Counted from the first letter of the stretch, positions 35,650-47,135 are shown. The stretch is 64,000 bases of DNA from Pseudomonadota bacterium (GCA_041178425.1 JBEGVH010000021.1:49608-113607); one strand, 5' to 3'. A program made the numbers and translations. The notes: generated by a model not told the origin, from the sequence alone.

Positions 35650-37104
35650 ATGCAGTTGCTCTTAGTTTCAATGGCTTTGACCTACATCATCGTCCTGTAC
35701 TTTTTGTCGAACCCCATCAAGCATACTAAGAAATTCATGTGGCGTCGTTTTTGGAATTGGTTTCCCCTCGGCATGACCTATGCCTTCATGTACATGGGCC
35801 GATACAATCTGAATGTCGCCAAAATTGCTCTCGGCGACTTGATGACCAAAGAAGATTTTGGTTTTATTGGGGGCGTTGGATTTAGTGTTTATGCTATTGC
35901 CCTCTTTTTTATTGGCCCCGTCGTCGATCGTATCGGTGGCAAAAAAGGGATTCTCGTTGGTAGCTTGGGTTCGGCTCTTATGAACGCCTGCATGGGAATC
36001 GTCCTCAATGCCTTTCTTAATAATCGCCTCCAGATTAGCATCGTGCCTGTTTTCTCCCTTATTTATGGCCTCAATATGTTCTTCCAAAGCTTTGGAGCAG
36101 TATCGACGATTAAGGTAAAGTCTTATTGGTTTCATGTACGCGAGCGAGGAACTTTTGGCGCCATTTTCGGCACCCTGATCTCCTTAGGCGTTTATTTTGC
36201 TTTCGACTGGGGAGAGGCCATTGCTAACGCCGTTCAGTTGAACCACACAACCCATTCAAGCTCCGCCATCTACGGAGTCCTTAATTTACTGTTCTCTCTT
36301 GAAGGACGAACGGTTCCTGCGCTCTGGCTCATTTTCTACATCCCAGCGATGATTCTTGTTTTCTGGGCCTTTATCGACGTTATTCTATTAAAAGATTCAC
36401 CAGATGAAGCTGGCTTTGGCACTCTTCACACTCATGACGCCTCCCATGGTGAGGGAGATAGAAAATACTCTTATCTCGAGCTCATGAAAAAAATCTTCTC
36501 AAATAAAATCATTTGGATCATTGGTATTATCGAATTCACGTCGGGTATTTTAAGAAATGGTATTCTTCAGTGGTACAAAGTTTTCGCTAAAGACACCGGC
36601 CTTGGCTTAGAACACATTACTAATAACTGGGGTTTCTGGAGTTGTGTCACCGGTATCGCTGGAGGATTTGCTGCTGGTTGGTTGAGTGATCACCTTTTTC
36701 ACTCGCGCAGAGCCCCTTCTGCCGGAATCATGCAATCGATTATGTTTTTATCCATCGGTGCCATGGCCATTTACCTCACGACTAATCCACTGATCGTTGG
36801 CGTGGCTGCTGTCACTGTTATTATGGCCGTTATTGGAGTTCACTCAATCATGTCGGGAACCGCCACTGCTGACTTTGGCGGCAAAAAAGCGTCGGCGACG
36901 GCAACTGGAATTGCTGATGCCTTTTCTTACTTAGGAAGTGCGGTTCAGTCTTTTGCTCTTGGAATGCTGACCACTCAGAGTTGGACTTATTGGCCCCTCT
37001 TTTTATTACCCTTCACAGTTTTAGGGCTCGTTTTTGCGATCAAAATGTGGAGAGAAATTCCCGAAGCCACAAAACACTATATGGCTAACGCTGCAAAAAA
37101 ATAG
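35650..37104 (+). CDS. MFS organophosphate:Pi antiporter-like (GlpT/UhpT family)
   Basis: YMGRYNL, WFHVRERGTFGAI, GWLSDHLFHSRR, ATATGIADAFSYLGS. Confidence 0.8.
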   Translation: MQLLLVSMALTYIIVLYFLSNPIKHTKKFMWRRFWNWFPLGMTYAFMYMGRYNLNVAKIALGDLMTKEDFGFIGGVGFSVYAIALFFIGPVVDRIGGKKGILVGSLGSALMNACMGIVLNAFLNNRLQISIVPVFSLIYGLNMFFQSFGAVSTIKVKSYWFHVRERGTFGAIFGTLISLGVYFAFDWGEAIANAVQLNHTTHSSSAIYGVLNLLFSLEGRTVPALWLIFYIPAMILVFWAFIDVILLKDSPDEAGFGTLHTHDASHGEGDRKYSYLELMKKIFSNKIIWIIGIIEFTSGILRNGILQWYKVFAKDTGLGLEHITNNWGFWSCVTGIAGGFAAGWLSDHLFHSRRAPSAGIMQSIMFLSIGAMAIYLTTNPLIVGVAAVTVIMAVIGVHSIMSGTATADFGGKKASATATGIADAFSYLGSAVQSFALGMLTTQSWTYWPLFLLPFTVLGLVFAIKMWREIPEATKHYMANAAKK

Positions 37105-37111
37105 CAATCAC

Positions 37112-37564
37112 CTACTGATTGATAATCAGGGCATGTTGGCTAGCCGTTGCCAGTAACTTGCCCTCTTTATTTTTGACCTCCGCTCTTAGCACTAAGAGCG
37201 TTTTGGTCATTGAAATCACTTCACCATGAATATCAATATATTCATCACGCGCCACAAATGGACGAATGTAGCTCGTGCTCATTTCAATGGTTGAAGCTGG
37301 TCGCTGGGCCGCCATATAACTGAGAGGACCAAGCACATTATCAATTGCCGCCGCCATGAATCCGCCCTGAAAGGCAAAAAGAGGATTCGTAAACTTTAGG
37401 TCAAAAAAAACTCTGGCCGTCAGAGATTTTCCCCAATCAAAAGCAGTAAATTCCGTTTTTAAAGTATCAAAGGCCGGAGGTGGCAATTGAATTTTTCCTC
37501 CAGAAGCTTCAAATGCGGCCTTCATTGTGGTCAATTTCTCAGAAATTTGCTCTTGAACACTCAT
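37112..37564 (-). CDS. PaaI-family hotdog thioesterase
   Basis: NP...QGG...AID motif; MSTSYIRP. Confidence 0.8.
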   Translation of the reverse strand: MSVQEQISEKLTTMKAAFEASGGKIQLPPPAFDTLKTEFTAFDWGKSLTARVFFDLKFTNPLFAFQGGFMAAAIDNVLGPLSYMAAQRPASTIEMSTSYIRPFVARDEYIDIHGEVISMTKTLLVLRAEVKNKEGKLLATASQHALIINQ

Positions 37565-37856
37565 TTCGTCCTCCTTGAAACTTTACATCCCCTTAAGACT
37601 GCCACCTTTAGAGTCATCTCTCAATAAAACCTTACTCACAAAGAACCTACTTTTTTTCGCCGACAAAAGTTGGCATAAAATTGAAAGAATCCCTGTTATT
37701 TCAGAGAGATCGAGACCACATGCTTTATGCCTTAGGCCTCATAATTGCTAACTTCATAAGCAAGGAGCGGCATCGCGTATAGATTTTTATTTTGATCTAC
37801 CCTAGGGTGATTTTCGCAGCTTAACCTAATTAATGCTAACTCTTGGAGGCCCAACA

Positions 37857-38306
37857 GTGAAAAGCCTAATGATCGCATCTGACCACGGTGGATGGGAGTT
37901 AAAAGAAAAAATTAAATCCCATTTTCCTGAAATTCAGTGGATCGACTATGGCCCGTCAACTGAGTCTCAGTCCGTTGATTACCCGGACTTTGCCGACCTC
38001 GTTTGTACCAAAATCAAATCAGACCTTGATGCACCACAGGCCATTCTCGTTTGCGGATCTGGTCAAGGAATGGCGATGAGAGCCAATAAGTACAACCAAG
38101 TTCGAGCGGCCCTCGTTTGGAACGAAGAGAGCACACGACTCGCTCGTGAACATAATAATGCCAATATTTTGTGCCTAGGGGGTCGCCTTCTTGATTTTAA
38201 GACGGCCCTTGCTTGCGTGAAATTGTTTATCGATACGCCTTTCGCTGGCGGACGCCATCAAAACAGAATTGATAAACTCCATAAACTCATCACACCAACT
38301 TGCTAA
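37857..38306 (+). CDS. rpiB: Ribose-5-phosphate isomerase B
   Basis: [34 protein letters not shown]. Confidence 0.93.
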   Translation: MKSLMIASDHGGWELKEKIKSHFPEIQWIDYGPSTESQSVDYPDFADLVCTKIKSDLDAPQAILVCGSGQGMAMRANKYNQVRAALVWNEESTRLAREHNNANILCLGGRLLDFKTALACVKLFIDTPFAGGRHQNRIDKLHKLITPTC

Positions 38307-38325
38307 TCATCACAAGGAGAACATC

Positions 38326-39585
38326 ATGACTCAATTAGAAACCCCTACTCTAAAAATTACTGATCCTGAAATTGCGTCTATCATCTCTAAAGAACTTCAG
38401 CGCCAACAAACGGGCCTTGAAATGATCGCTTCAGAAAATTACGCCTCTATTTCGGTGATGGAAACGCAAGGTTCAATCCTTACAAACAAATACGCAGAAG
38501 GCTATCCCAACAAACGTTACTACGGTGGCTGTGAGTTTGTTGACCAAGCAGAATCACTGGCGATTGAGCGTGCTAAAAAACTATTTGGAGTTGAAGCGGC
38601 AAACGTTCAACCTCACTCTGGTAGCCAGGCCAATATGGCTGTTTACCTCGCTGCCTGCGAACCGGGAGACACCATTCTTGGAATGGATCTTTCTCACGGT
38701 GGCCATCTCACACACGGATCTCCTGTGAACTTTAGCGGCCTTCTTTACAAGGCTGCGAGCTACGGCCTCGACCCTGCAACAGGCCGACTCAACTATGATT
38801 CCATTCGTGAAATCGCGAAAGAAAAAAAACCAAAAATGATTATCGCTGGATATAGTGCTTATCCACGACTACTTGATTTTGCTGCTTTTCGCTCTATCGC
38901 CGACGAGGTTGGAGCGGCTCTTCTGGTTGATATGGCCCACTTTGCAGGATTGGTGGCTTCAGGTCATCACCCTTCACCGGTACCTTATGCAGACTATATC
39001 ACTTCGACGACCCATAAGACGCTCCGTGGGCCTCGAGGTGGAATGATTTTAGCCAACAACGAGAAAATTAAAAAAATTAATTCTCGAATCTTCCCTGGAA
39101 TTCAGGGCGGCCCACTCGAACATGTTATTGCGGCAAAGGCCGTTGCTTTTGGCGAAGCTTTACAGCCCAACTTTAAATCGTATCAAGAACAAGTTTTGAA
39201 AAATGCTAAAACTTTGGCTGAAGAACTAATGAAGCATGGTTTTGATCTGGTAACAGGTGGAACAGAAAACCACCTATTACTCCTAGACCTAAGCAATAGA
39301 GAAGTGACCGGTAAGGATGCTGAAACAGCCCTTGATCATGCGGGCATCACAGTAAATAAAAATACTGTACCAAATGAAAAGCGAAGTCCCTTCGTGACGA
39401 GTGGTGTGCGCATCGGCACTCCTGCCCTAACAACGAGAGGAATGTCCGAAAAAGAAATGGTATTGATTGCTCAATGGATTGCAAAAGTTTTGAATGAGCC
39501 TTCTAACACAACTTTGCTTTCCAAAATCAGGGCCGAAGTCCAGGAAATGTGCCGAGCTTTTCCAATTTATGGGAATTTTAGGTAA
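38326..39585 (+). CDS. glyA: Serine hydroxymethyltransferase
   Basis: [50 protein letters not shown]. Confidence 0.96.
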   Translation: MTQLETPTLKITDPEIASIISKELQRQQTGLEMIASENYASISVMETQGSILTNKYAEGYPNKRYYGGCEFVDQAESLAIERAKKLFGVEAANVQPHSGSQANMAVYLAACEPGDTILGMDLSHGGHLTHGSPVNFSGLLYKAASYGLDPATGRLNYDSIREIAKEKKPKMIIAGYSAYPRLLDFAAFRSIADEVGAALLVDMAHFAGLVASGHHPSPVPYADYITSTTHKTLRGPRGGMILANNEKIKKINSRIFPGIQGGPLEHVIAAKAVAFGEALQPNFKSYQEQVLKNAKTLAEELMKHGFDLVTGGTENHLLLLDLSNREVTGKDAETALDHAGITVNKNTVPNEKRSPFVTSGVRIGTPALTTRGMSEKEMVLIAQWIAKVLNEPSNTTLLSKIRAEVQEMCRAFPIYGNFR

Positions 39586-39586
39586 G

Positions 39587-40204
39587 ATGGAGATCATGAC
39601 ATTGCTTCATAAAGTCAAAAAAATCTCTTTGCTAAGCCTATCTTTGCTGGTCTTTTCAGCATTGATTGGCTGTACTTCCGTTGACCTTCCTGGTTTTAAT
39701 GGCCCGTCTGAACTTCAGTTCAATCCGCTTCCCAAAGAGCTTGCGGCCTACAGCGACAACGAAAGTGCACTTGGCTTTGTATCGCCCCTCGAATTGAAAT
39801 TTGATTTTGATTGGCCCGTTGATCAGGCTCGGCTCACGCGAGGATTTATGCCTCACGCAAACCCACGGCCGCACCTCGGACTTGATCTAGCGGCCGCGCG
39901 AGGAACACCTATTTTTGCTTCGCATGGTGGCCATGTGATTTATGCAGGTTCTGGTTTTAAAGGCTACGGTCGGTTTGTCATTGTGGAATTTGGTGATCGG
40001 TGGGCAACTTTTTACGGTCACCTTGATCGAATCCTCGTTCAACAAGGTCAATCCATTAAAAAAGGCCAAATTATTGGCCGAATGGGACGGACTGGTAGAG
40101 CCACGGGCAATCATCTCCACTTCGAACTCCGCCGAGACCGAAAAGCCCTTGATCCAATCGCCTTTTTGCCGCTCGCGAGTGAATGGGTTTCAAAGAAAAA
40201 CTAA
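39587..40204 (+). CDS. M23-family peptidoglycan endopeptidase lipoprotein
   Basis: Lipobox LIGC; HLGLD (HxxxD), YGHL, HLHFE (HxH). Confidence 0.88.
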   Translation: MEIMTLLHKVKKISLLSLSLLVFSALIGCTSVDLPGFNGPSELQFNPLPKELAAYSDNESALGFVSPLELKFDFDWPVDQARLTRGFMPHANPRPHLGLDLAAARGTPIFASHGGHVIYAGSGFKGYGRFVIVEFGDRWATFYGHLDRILVQQGQSIKKGQIIGRMGRTGRATGNHLHFELRRDRKALDPIAFLPLASEWVSKKN

Positions 40205-40207
40205 GAC

Positions 40208-40249
40208 AAAAAAAAGGGCAACCCCATTGAGTCGCCCTTTTTTATTTTT
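40208..40249. terminator. Bidirectional intrinsic terminator
   Basis: A-tract-GGGC...GCCC-T-tract between convergent genes. Confidence 0.7.
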
Positions 40250-40270
40250 ACAAAAACCAATTCTATAATT

Positions 40271-41137
40271 CTAAAATCTGAGAGCTGCACCAGCAGTCAA
40301 CATGATTTCTTTATCATCGAGAAACGAAAATTCTATGTTCTGATTGTTCTTAGCCGAGTTGTGAAGGTGTCTTTCTCTCGCCACAGAAACATCAAGATCA
40401 AGTGTTTTCAATGGAGAATAGCTCATACCTAACCCCAGGGCTGCAACTTCGCCCAACTTGGGTAAGTAAGCCTCTGTTGCTAAACGAACTTTATGATCAA
40501 GAAAACCATAGCTAGAAAGCGCGTTCGTGTGTGAGTAACGAAGTTCGGTATAGATTTGATTTCTTATTACATCAGAGATGCCATTTTTAGCATTCCATAC
40601 AGGAACTAACTTAACACCTGAACTCACTTTTTCGGAAAGATCGTAATTAAGCACAACTTCTGCGCCAAGGCCAAAGGCCTGTTTAGATTCAATAGAGCGC
40701 TGACTCGTGGGAAGATTAAACATGTATTTAACAGGTGTTTTTTCGGTTCCCAAAATTCCATCATAGGTGGTTGCTGCAGAAAGACTCAGATCAAAAAATT
40801 CGGGCTTTTGAGTTGATTGCTCCCCACCGTTACCCACAAAAACATATCTTTGGGTAAGAGTTGCTGCCAGTTTCAGCTTATCATCGTGTTTATAAGCAAG
40901 ACTCATCACGTTTACGGTTTCAGCCCCACCACTGGTTCTCAAGGCTTGCACGCTATTCGCGGTCTCATTGGCCAATGTTAAACTGATTTTATTTGCCTTG
41001 CTCGGCAATGCAGAAGCTGCCGGTGTTGTGCTAGTTGCCGTTGCTGCGCTCTGAGCTCGAGCAGATATACCACCTAAGCTGATCACCATTGTCACAGCAT
41101 TCAATAAGAGACGACTGCCCCCTTGAGACCTTTTCAT
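40271..41137 (-). CDS. Putative outer-membrane beta-barrel protein
   Basis: Signal peptide, amphipathic strands, terminal Phe (ALRF). Confidence 0.6.
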   Translation of the reverse strand: MKRSQGGSRLLLNAVTMVISLGGISARAQSAATATSTTPAASALPSKANKISLTLANETANSVQALRTSGGAETVNVMSLAYKHDDKLKLAATLTQRYVFVGNGGEQSTQKPEFFDLSLSAATTYDGILGTEKTPVKYMFNLPTSQRSIESKQAFGLGAEVVLNYDLSEKVSSGVKLVPVWNAKNGISDVIRNQIYTELRYSHTNALSSYGFLDHKVRLATEAYLPKLGEVAALGLGMSYSPLKTLDLDVSVARERHLHNSAKNNQNIEFSFLDDKEIMLTAGAALRF

Positions 41138-41353
41138 TTTTCCCCCTTAAGCGACCCAAAAATTCAGGCCGTTCGTCGGAACCTAATCGAAGTGACAATT
41201 GTTGTAAACAACAAGGAAATTACTTCATAACTTTTTTTCTTGTTGTACAATCAAGAGAGGCTTCCTCGGAGTCAAAACGATCCCAGTTTTAGGTATTGGT
41301 ATCCCTTTGATCCCGGGCGAATAGTCACGATCGTTTAAATATTAGAGGTACCT

Positions 41354-42481
41354 ATGAAAGCGCTTGTATTATCAGGAGGAGGAGCTCGCGGAGCCTATCA
41401 GGCGGGTGTTCTCAATGCTACTTCAGAGATTGCCTCTCGACTTGGTCAAAAGCGACCTTTCGACATTTTTGTGGGCAATAGTGCTGGAGCAATTAATGCT
41501 TCATTTTTAGCCTCGCAAGCCGACAATTTTATTCAAGCAACAGAAAGTCTAGCCAACCTGTGGAGCACTCTTGGTGCAGATCAGGTTTTTCGTTCAGATG
41601 CACTTTCTTTAGGAAAGATTGGTTTTAAATGGGTCAGGGATCTGCCTTTGGGTGGATTAACAGGATTTTCACCAGGCCCTTCTCTTTTGGATACAGCTCC
41701 CTTGCGTGAACTTCTGCAAAACAATCTCGACTTCCCTAAAATTCAGAGCAACATCACCAACGGCACCCTCAAGGCTCTCGCCGTAACGGCCGTTGATTAC
41801 CAAACTTCCATGGCTACTACTTTTATTCAGAGCGCTGGCCTCCAGCCTTCGTGGGTTCGATCAAAGCGTTACTCAGAACCAGCCATCATCCATACCGATC
41901 ATATTATGGCGTCTGCGGCTATTCCCCTGCTCTTCCCGCCTATTGAAGTAAATGGTCGCTACTACGGAGATGGATGTCTCCGAAATCATGCCCCCCTGAG
42001 TCCGGCCATTCACTTAGGAGCTGATAAACTTCTCGTTGTCGGTGTTCGTCGTCAATCCGAATTTCAAATTCCAAAAATACAAAACCAATTAAAACAACCA
42101 ACTCTCGGCCGAGTTATTAATACCCTACTCAATGCTGTTCTCCTAGATGGCATCGAGTTAGATGTTGATCGACTAAAAAAAATAAACGAATTCATGGGTC
42201 AAATACCCACCGAGCTTCATCGTCAATTAAACTTTCGAAAACTTGATTTTGTTTGGGTTCATCCAAGCATCGATATCGGCCAATTGGCCTACGATCACGC
42301 TCATCGTCTCCCTCCGTTCATTCGCTATTTACTGAGGGGCCTTGGGTCAAGCGACGACTCAAAGGAGACCATCAGCTATTTGCTTTTTGATCCAACCTTC
42401 TGTGAAAAACTGATGGAAGCAGGATACGAAGATGCCATGAAGAAAAAGGAAGAAATTGAGATTCTCCTATCGAATAGTTAG
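41354..42481 (+). CDS. Patatin-like phospholipase
   Basis: LSGGGARGAYQ, GNSAG, DGC. Confidence 0.88.
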   Translation: MKALVLSGGGARGAYQAGVLNATSEIASRLGQKRPFDIFVGNSAGAINASFLASQADNFIQATESLANLWSTLGADQVFRSDALSLGKIGFKWVRDLPLGGLTGFSPGPSLLDTAPLRELLQNNLDFPKIQSNITNGTLKALAVTAVDYQTSMATTFIQSAGLQPSWVRSKRYSEPAIIHTDHIMASAAIPLLFPPIEVNGRYYGDGCLRNHAPLSPAIHLGADKLLVVGVRRQSEFQIPKIQNQLKQPTLGRVINTLLNAVLLDGIELDVDRLKKINEFMGQIPTELHRQLNFRKLDFVWVHPSIDIGQLAYDHAHRLPPFIRYLLRGLGSSDDSKETISYLLFDPTFCEKLMEAGYEDAMKKKEEIEILLSNS

Positions 42482-42523
42482 AAGAGATAAAAAGGTTGAT
42501 ACTGAAGGAACTAAAATCAGAAT

Positions 42524-42868
42524 TTATTTCGCTTTTGCGTCGACATAAATTTCAAATTTGATTTCAATCGTCGACTTTCCAAGCATCAAAAGCTGCCCCT
42601 TTGAGTAAGGAACTTCCACATTTGCGGGCAACACATCGCCACTAAGTTTAGAGCCATTTGAAGTGCCAAGATCCATCACCATTATTTCGCCATTTCGAAA
42701 CGTCACCACCAAATGATTACGGCTGATACTATTATCAGGCAAAGTTAGAACATGATTTAAACCCCTGCCAATAGTCACTCGCTTGTCATACACTGGAATC
42801 GGCGGAACTCCCGTATCGCTGCTGAGATGAATGATATACAGTGGCTTCTTTTTAAAAAAACTAAACAC
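42524..42868 (-). CDS. Single FHA-domain protein
   Basis: IGR, SISRNH, DLGTSNG. Confidence 0.85.
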   Translation of the reverse strand: MFSFFKKKPLYIIHLSSDTGVPPIPVYDKRVTIGRGLNHVLTLPDNSISRNHLVVTFRNGEIMVMDLGTSNGSKLSGDVLPANVEVPYSKGQLLMLGKSTIEIKFEIYVDAKAK

Positions 42869-43165
42869 GCCCTCTTCCTTGCTGTGCTTCCATCTTCTCA
42901 GCGTCGACCTCCAAAAACAATCTCAAATGATTCCCGCCAGTCTTGGTCCTTTCACTCCCCCTCGACCTTGACCCTGGGCCTTGGGGTTGCCGCTTGATCG
43001 GGATCGCCAGTAGGGAGCGAAGCTCCAGCGAGAGACTAAAAAGGGCACGTTGGGAAGAACTTTGATGGTCGTGTTCGACAACTTAGCTTCAGAGTTCAAC
43101 AAATGATTCAGGACTAACAGAAATAGGCCATTGAGGTGGCATTGTTTTTGTAGTGGAGAAGACCT

Positions 43166-44134
43166 ATGAAAGTTTGGGTTTTTGCGGCCTTATCCCTAAT
43201 TAGTTTTCTCCTCGCCTCTATTCAGGTTGGTGCCCAAACTCCGTTCCCCGAAATAGATCGTACCCAATTTGAACTTCAATACCATGTGATTAGTAATGAT
43301 AGAGCCATCGGTGAAAAACTTGAGACTCTAGGAATTGATGATAAAGCCGAAATCGCAGCTTTTGATGTTGAAAAGACCAGCGAGGGCATTGAAGCAATTC
43401 CTCGCGCGAATGGCCTACTGAAAATAAAAAAGTGGGCAACCTCCCATGTTCGTTCCTTACACACAAGTTATTGTCTGATGAGGCTCGCATTTAACTCGTC
43501 GGTGACTGGCTGGGTTCTTTATCGATTCTACGACCTCACTTATCTTCATCCGACATCGATTATTTCGGGCGCCGCTATGGCGGGAGCTCTCTCCCTCACC
43601 TTTATGGCGTACTCGATTCCTATGGATCGCTGGATTATGAAAAGTAAAGCCCTGTATGGGCAGTTTGCCCGGTTCACGCTGATCTCTGTACTGTATATGG
43701 CTGCGCTAAAGACGTCTTACCTTTCGACCGAGTTACTTATTCAAGGATCTGATTTTTTATCGGCCAATTTATTAAAGGCCGAACTCATGCAAATGATAAA
43801 GGCTTTTGGAACCTCAGCGGCACCCATGTTTTTTGTTTTTTGGAACGCCTATCGTAAAGAAAATCGAGATGCAGCCATAGAAGCAACCAATAAACCCCAT
43901 GAACAAAAAGAGTTCGAACACGCCTATGAGCGAGTTATCTCTCAAACGGCTTCTTTCTTTGGCTCAATGACTACTAACACCGTTGGACTTCTTAGCAGCA
44001 CCACCTCAATTGCTGCCTTTGATTTTGCAAGCTATGCTATAACCCTTGGCGCTGGTAGCCTCTTTTTAAAAGAGCACCGAGTTCGTAGTCGTAGAATGAA
44101 AACTTGTCAGTTTGCCCTTCAAGGCCAACATTAA
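43166..44134 (+). CDS. Hypothetical exported/multi-TM membrane protein
   Basis: Signal peptide plus several hydrophobic helices; GGAG RBS. Confidence 0.6.
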   Translation: MKVWVFAALSLISFLLASIQVGAQTPFPEIDRTQFELQYHVISNDRAIGEKLETLGIDDKAEIAAFDVEKTSEGIEAIPRANGLLKIKKWATSHVRSLHTSYCLMRLAFNSSVTGWVLYRFYDLTYLHPTSIISGAAMAGALSLTFMAYSIPMDRWIMKSKALYGQFARFTLISVLYMAALKTSYLSTELLIQGSDFLSANLLKAELMQMIKAFGTSAAPMFFVFWNAYRKENRDAAIEATNKPHEQKEFEHAYERVISQTASFFGSMTTNTVGLLSSTTSIAAFDFASYAITLGAGSLFLKEHRVRSRRMKTCQFALQGQH

Positions 44135-44256
44135 TTTGACCCAAAAGAATTAAGAGATCTTGAGTTTACACTTTTAATGAATTCATACAAATTACGAAAA
44201 AAGCGTTCGAAGCCGGTCATTCAATTCCCCGCCGGCTCCGAATATCTTTTTAATTA

Positions 44257-46284
44257 TTAGGGCATCACAGAATTGGGTTCTGCGATTGGTGTGACCAAAG
44301 GTTGACTTCGCTGTGATTTATCACGTTGAAAGCGGAACGCCATGAGATCCTCAACGGAGCGAGGGATATGAAACCCCCGAGCTACCAGCAGTTGATCTGC
44401 GCGCAGATGTTCAACAATAACTCCTAAAGAGAACAAATGCATTCTCGTGGAATTTCGAAAGCCTTCGAGGGCCCATGTCACCGATGGTGGATGGCTCAAA
44501 AGACGATCAATGTTTACCCAATTTAGCCATGGCGTAGCGGCCTTCGCTACTTCGACATAATGTCGAATCGGCTCTTGATTCTCTCTTAAATAAAAATACT
44601 TTATTGGTGCAAAAAATGGATGTTTAGGTCTTTCGGCTATTTCTTTCGGAAAAAGCTTTGCAGCCACCTTCTTTAAAACATATTTTTCATTTAAACCTTT
44701 GATCAGTGTATTTGGATGAATACGACCCGCCACAGAAGTCACCTCTGGATCCATAAACGGGGTTCGCCCCTCAAGTGAATGACTCATTTCCTGGCGGTCT
44801 CCAACATTCGACAAAATATAATGAAGTAAGTCGACACGGTTGGCGAACCAGGTATTTAAATCCCAAGAACTACTACCAGGTCCGTACTCTGGCCACTCAG
44901 CGGCCATCATCTCGGATAATTCGGCGCACATTTTGTCTAGCCGAGGATACATCGAGTCTCCGGTCAAAAAGCGATAGGAACGGTGTTTAGAAAGACGCCC
45001 AAGAACGGCTGGTTGCTCCCCATAAAAGTACTTCTCAAAAAGAGCCTTGTTCACGGTCGAACGACCATCGAGGTGATTCATACTACGGCCCTTCTCTTCG
45101 GCCATAAAAGCCTCGAGCAGACGTCCACCCAACTGCGGATGCCGTTTGGTAAAATCTTGGATCTTTCTGATCCGCAGATAAGCATAACCTCCAAACCACT
45201 CATCAGCTCCCTCGCCGGAGAGAACAACCTTCACCTGCTGACTCGCCATTTGGCTCAAGAGGTTTTTCGCCGCACCATGCGGATTTGTCACAGGGTTTTC
45301 AAATGCCACAATCGACTGAATCAAACTCGGCAAAAAGTTTTTTCCTGTCATTTGGCAAACATGATGTTCGATTCCAAGATGGCTGGCAATTTTAGCGGCC
45401 ACATCTTTTTCGTCAAAGTCGCGATCGGCAAACCCAACGGTAAATGCTTTTGGTTTAGCTCCGCATTCAACAGCCAAAGCCGTGGTAAGAGCACTATCAA
45501 CTCCCCCACTCAAATAACAACCGACTTCAACATCAGCCACCAAACGACGTCTGACCGATTCTCTGAGGGCCTCATAGGTGGCTTCAACCGCCTCTTCACC
45601 ACGGAGAGTTCTCTGCTCCCCCAAAGGAAGGGGATCAATCAATACCCAGTTTAACTGTCGGCTCTCAATATCGAAGGTATAAACTCGTCCCGGAAGCACA
45701 TGATAGCATCCCTCTAGCGAAGTCCCTCGCGGCATGAGAGTACGAGCCATGAAGGTCTTCACATACTCTTCACTCAACACAGGAGTCGCATCTTCAAGGG
45801 CTTTTACTTCACTCGAGAGAGTCAAACTATCCTCGGTCTTTCGATAAAAAAGCGGTTTAACGCCATGAGGATCACGAGCAAAATGAATTTGTTTTTTAAC
45901 TGTGTCGTAGAAAATAAAGGACCATTCACCAGAGAGGCCCCTTAAAGCGGAGGGCCCCTTCACCGCAAAGAGATTCAGCAATACTTCGCTATCAGACTGA
46001 GTCTTGAAACCAACACCCAAGGCTCGCATTTCGTTGCGATGCGATTGGTAATCGTAGAGTTCTCCATTAACAATACCGATATATTTTTGATTGAAGCTTT
46101 CAAGGGGCTGACCACCACTCTTGAGGTCGATGATACTGAGCCGGGTATGCACCATCGCTACTCTTGCATCAGCGTACCAGCCATAGGAATCTGGCCCACG
46201 ATGGGCCAACATTTTCACAGGAAAAATTAATTCTTCGAGATCGATATCTCGATTTGAGGTTACCCTCGTCCAAATACCACACAT
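44257..46284 (-). CDS. AsnB-like glutamine amidotransferase (last gene of the FAS/PKS operon)
   Basis: Ntn start MCGIW at 46284 after GGAGGGG; HRGPD, HTRLSIID, NGELYD, LSGGVDS, SGEGADE, SLEGRTPF. Confidence 0.88.
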   Translation of the reverse strand: MCGIWTRVTSNRDIDLEELIFPVKMLAHRGPDSYGWYADARVAMVHTRLSIIDLKSGGQPLESFNQKYIGIVNGELYDYQSHRNEMRALGVGFKTQSDSEVLLNLFAVKGPSALRGLSGEWSFIFYDTVKKQIHFARDPHGVKPLFYRKTEDSLTLSSEVKALEDATPVLSEEYVKTFMARTLMPRGTSLEGCYHVLPGRVYTFDIESRQLNWVLIDPLPLGEQRTLRGEEAVEATYEALRESVRRRLVADVEVGCYLSGGVDSALTTALAVECGAKPKAFTVGFADRDFDEKDVAAKIASHLGIEHHVCQMTGKNFLPSLIQSIVAFENPVTNPHGAAKNLLSQMASQQVKVVLSGEGADEWFGGYAYLRIRKIQDFTKRHPQLGGRLLEAFMAEEKGRSMNHLDGRSTVNKALFEKYFYGEQPAVLGRLSKHRSYRFLTGDSMYPRLDKMCAELSEMMAAEWPEYGPGSSSWDLNTWFANRVDLLHYILSNVGDRQEMSHSLEGRTPFMDPEVTSVAGRIHPNTLIKGLNEKYVLKKVAAKLFPKEIAERPKHPFFAPIKYFYLRENQEPIRHYVEVAKAATPWLNWVNIDRLLSHPPSVTWALEGFRNSTRMHLFSLGVIVEHLRADQLLVARGFHIPRSVEDLMAFRFQRDKSQRSQPLVTPIAEPNSVMP

Positions 46285-46303
46285 CTTCGCCCCCCCTCCG
46301 AGC

Positions 46304-47128
46304 TCACTGTATGAGTTGCAACAATAACTTCTGTACCTGCTCCTTATGAGTAATATGGATAAAGTGGCTTGCACCCTCCAATGGATAAATTTTCATCATT
46401 TTCATCGACTTCATTTTCTCAAAGGCAACGGGATCTATGGCGCTCAATAAGCCCGCTCTCAAAATATGAATCGCTGCCCCCCCTCGGGACACCGATTCAT
46501 CAACTCTTGAAAGAGACTCAAATTGCTCATCCATGGACTGACGTTGCAAAAGTGCACGAAAATGCTTCATACCCACCTTCCAAGCGGCCGGTGGTTGTTT
46601 AGTCGGATAAAATAATTGGGTTTGGATCAAAGATCGCAAACTGGGTTCAGGAATTCTCTCACGCAAATCTTTTTTGAGACTAGACCAATCTTGTTGAAGA
46701 TTGAGATTCAGCACAAGCCCTTCTACAAACTTAAATAATTCAGAATCGGCAAAGGAACCGGGCCCCACATCAGTCACCACGGCCGCCTTGAAAAGGTTGG
46801 GATATTTATGAACAAAGTCATAAACAATTTTGCCGCCGAGGGAAATCCCACAAAGATAAATAGGCTTGTCTGTATAAAGTGAAAGTTCCTTAGCAATTTC
46901 ATCGGCAGAATAATCAAATTGAATCTCTTGCATCACTTCGACCGTTAGGCCACTCAATCCAAATTGTCGACGACCAGCGTTTGGATCAAAGATCAAAACA
47001 TGAAAACTTTCAAGTAATGGATCAATAATATCACGAAAATCTTCGGCTCCTCCAAGAAGCCCCGGAACGCACACAAGCACCGGACCTTGCTTGTTACCTA
47101 AACTCTGTAGCATGCTCGAGGTGTGCAT
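46304..47128 (-). CDS. Alpha/beta hydrolase (candidate thioesterase)
   Basis: PGLLG oxyanion motif, GISLGG nucleophile elbow, SHFIH. Confidence 0.8.
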   Translation of the reverse strand: MHTSSMLQSLGNKQGPVLVCVPGLLGGAEDFRDIIDPLLESFHVLIFDPNAGRRQFGLSGLTVEVMQEIQFDYSADEIAKELSLYTDKPIYLCGISLGGKIVYDFVHKYPNLFKAAVVTDVGPGSFADSELFKFVEGLVLNLNLQQDWSSLKKDLRERIPEPSLRSLIQTQLFYPTKQPPAAWKVGMKHFRALLQRQSMDEQFESLSRVDESVSRGGAAIHILRAGLLSAIDPVAFEKMKSMKMMKIYPLEGASHFIHITHKEQVQKLLLQLIQ

Positions 47129-47135
47129 CGTGATC

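Noticed and set aside
43137..43152. Sigma-54-like TGGCATTGTTTTTGTA
   Set aside because: It has GT instead of the conserved GC at -12 and lies too close to the RBS.
46285..46374. N-terminal extension of the AsnB-like ORF
   Set aside because: Ntn amidotransferases need Cys at position 2, so the start is MCGIW at 46284.
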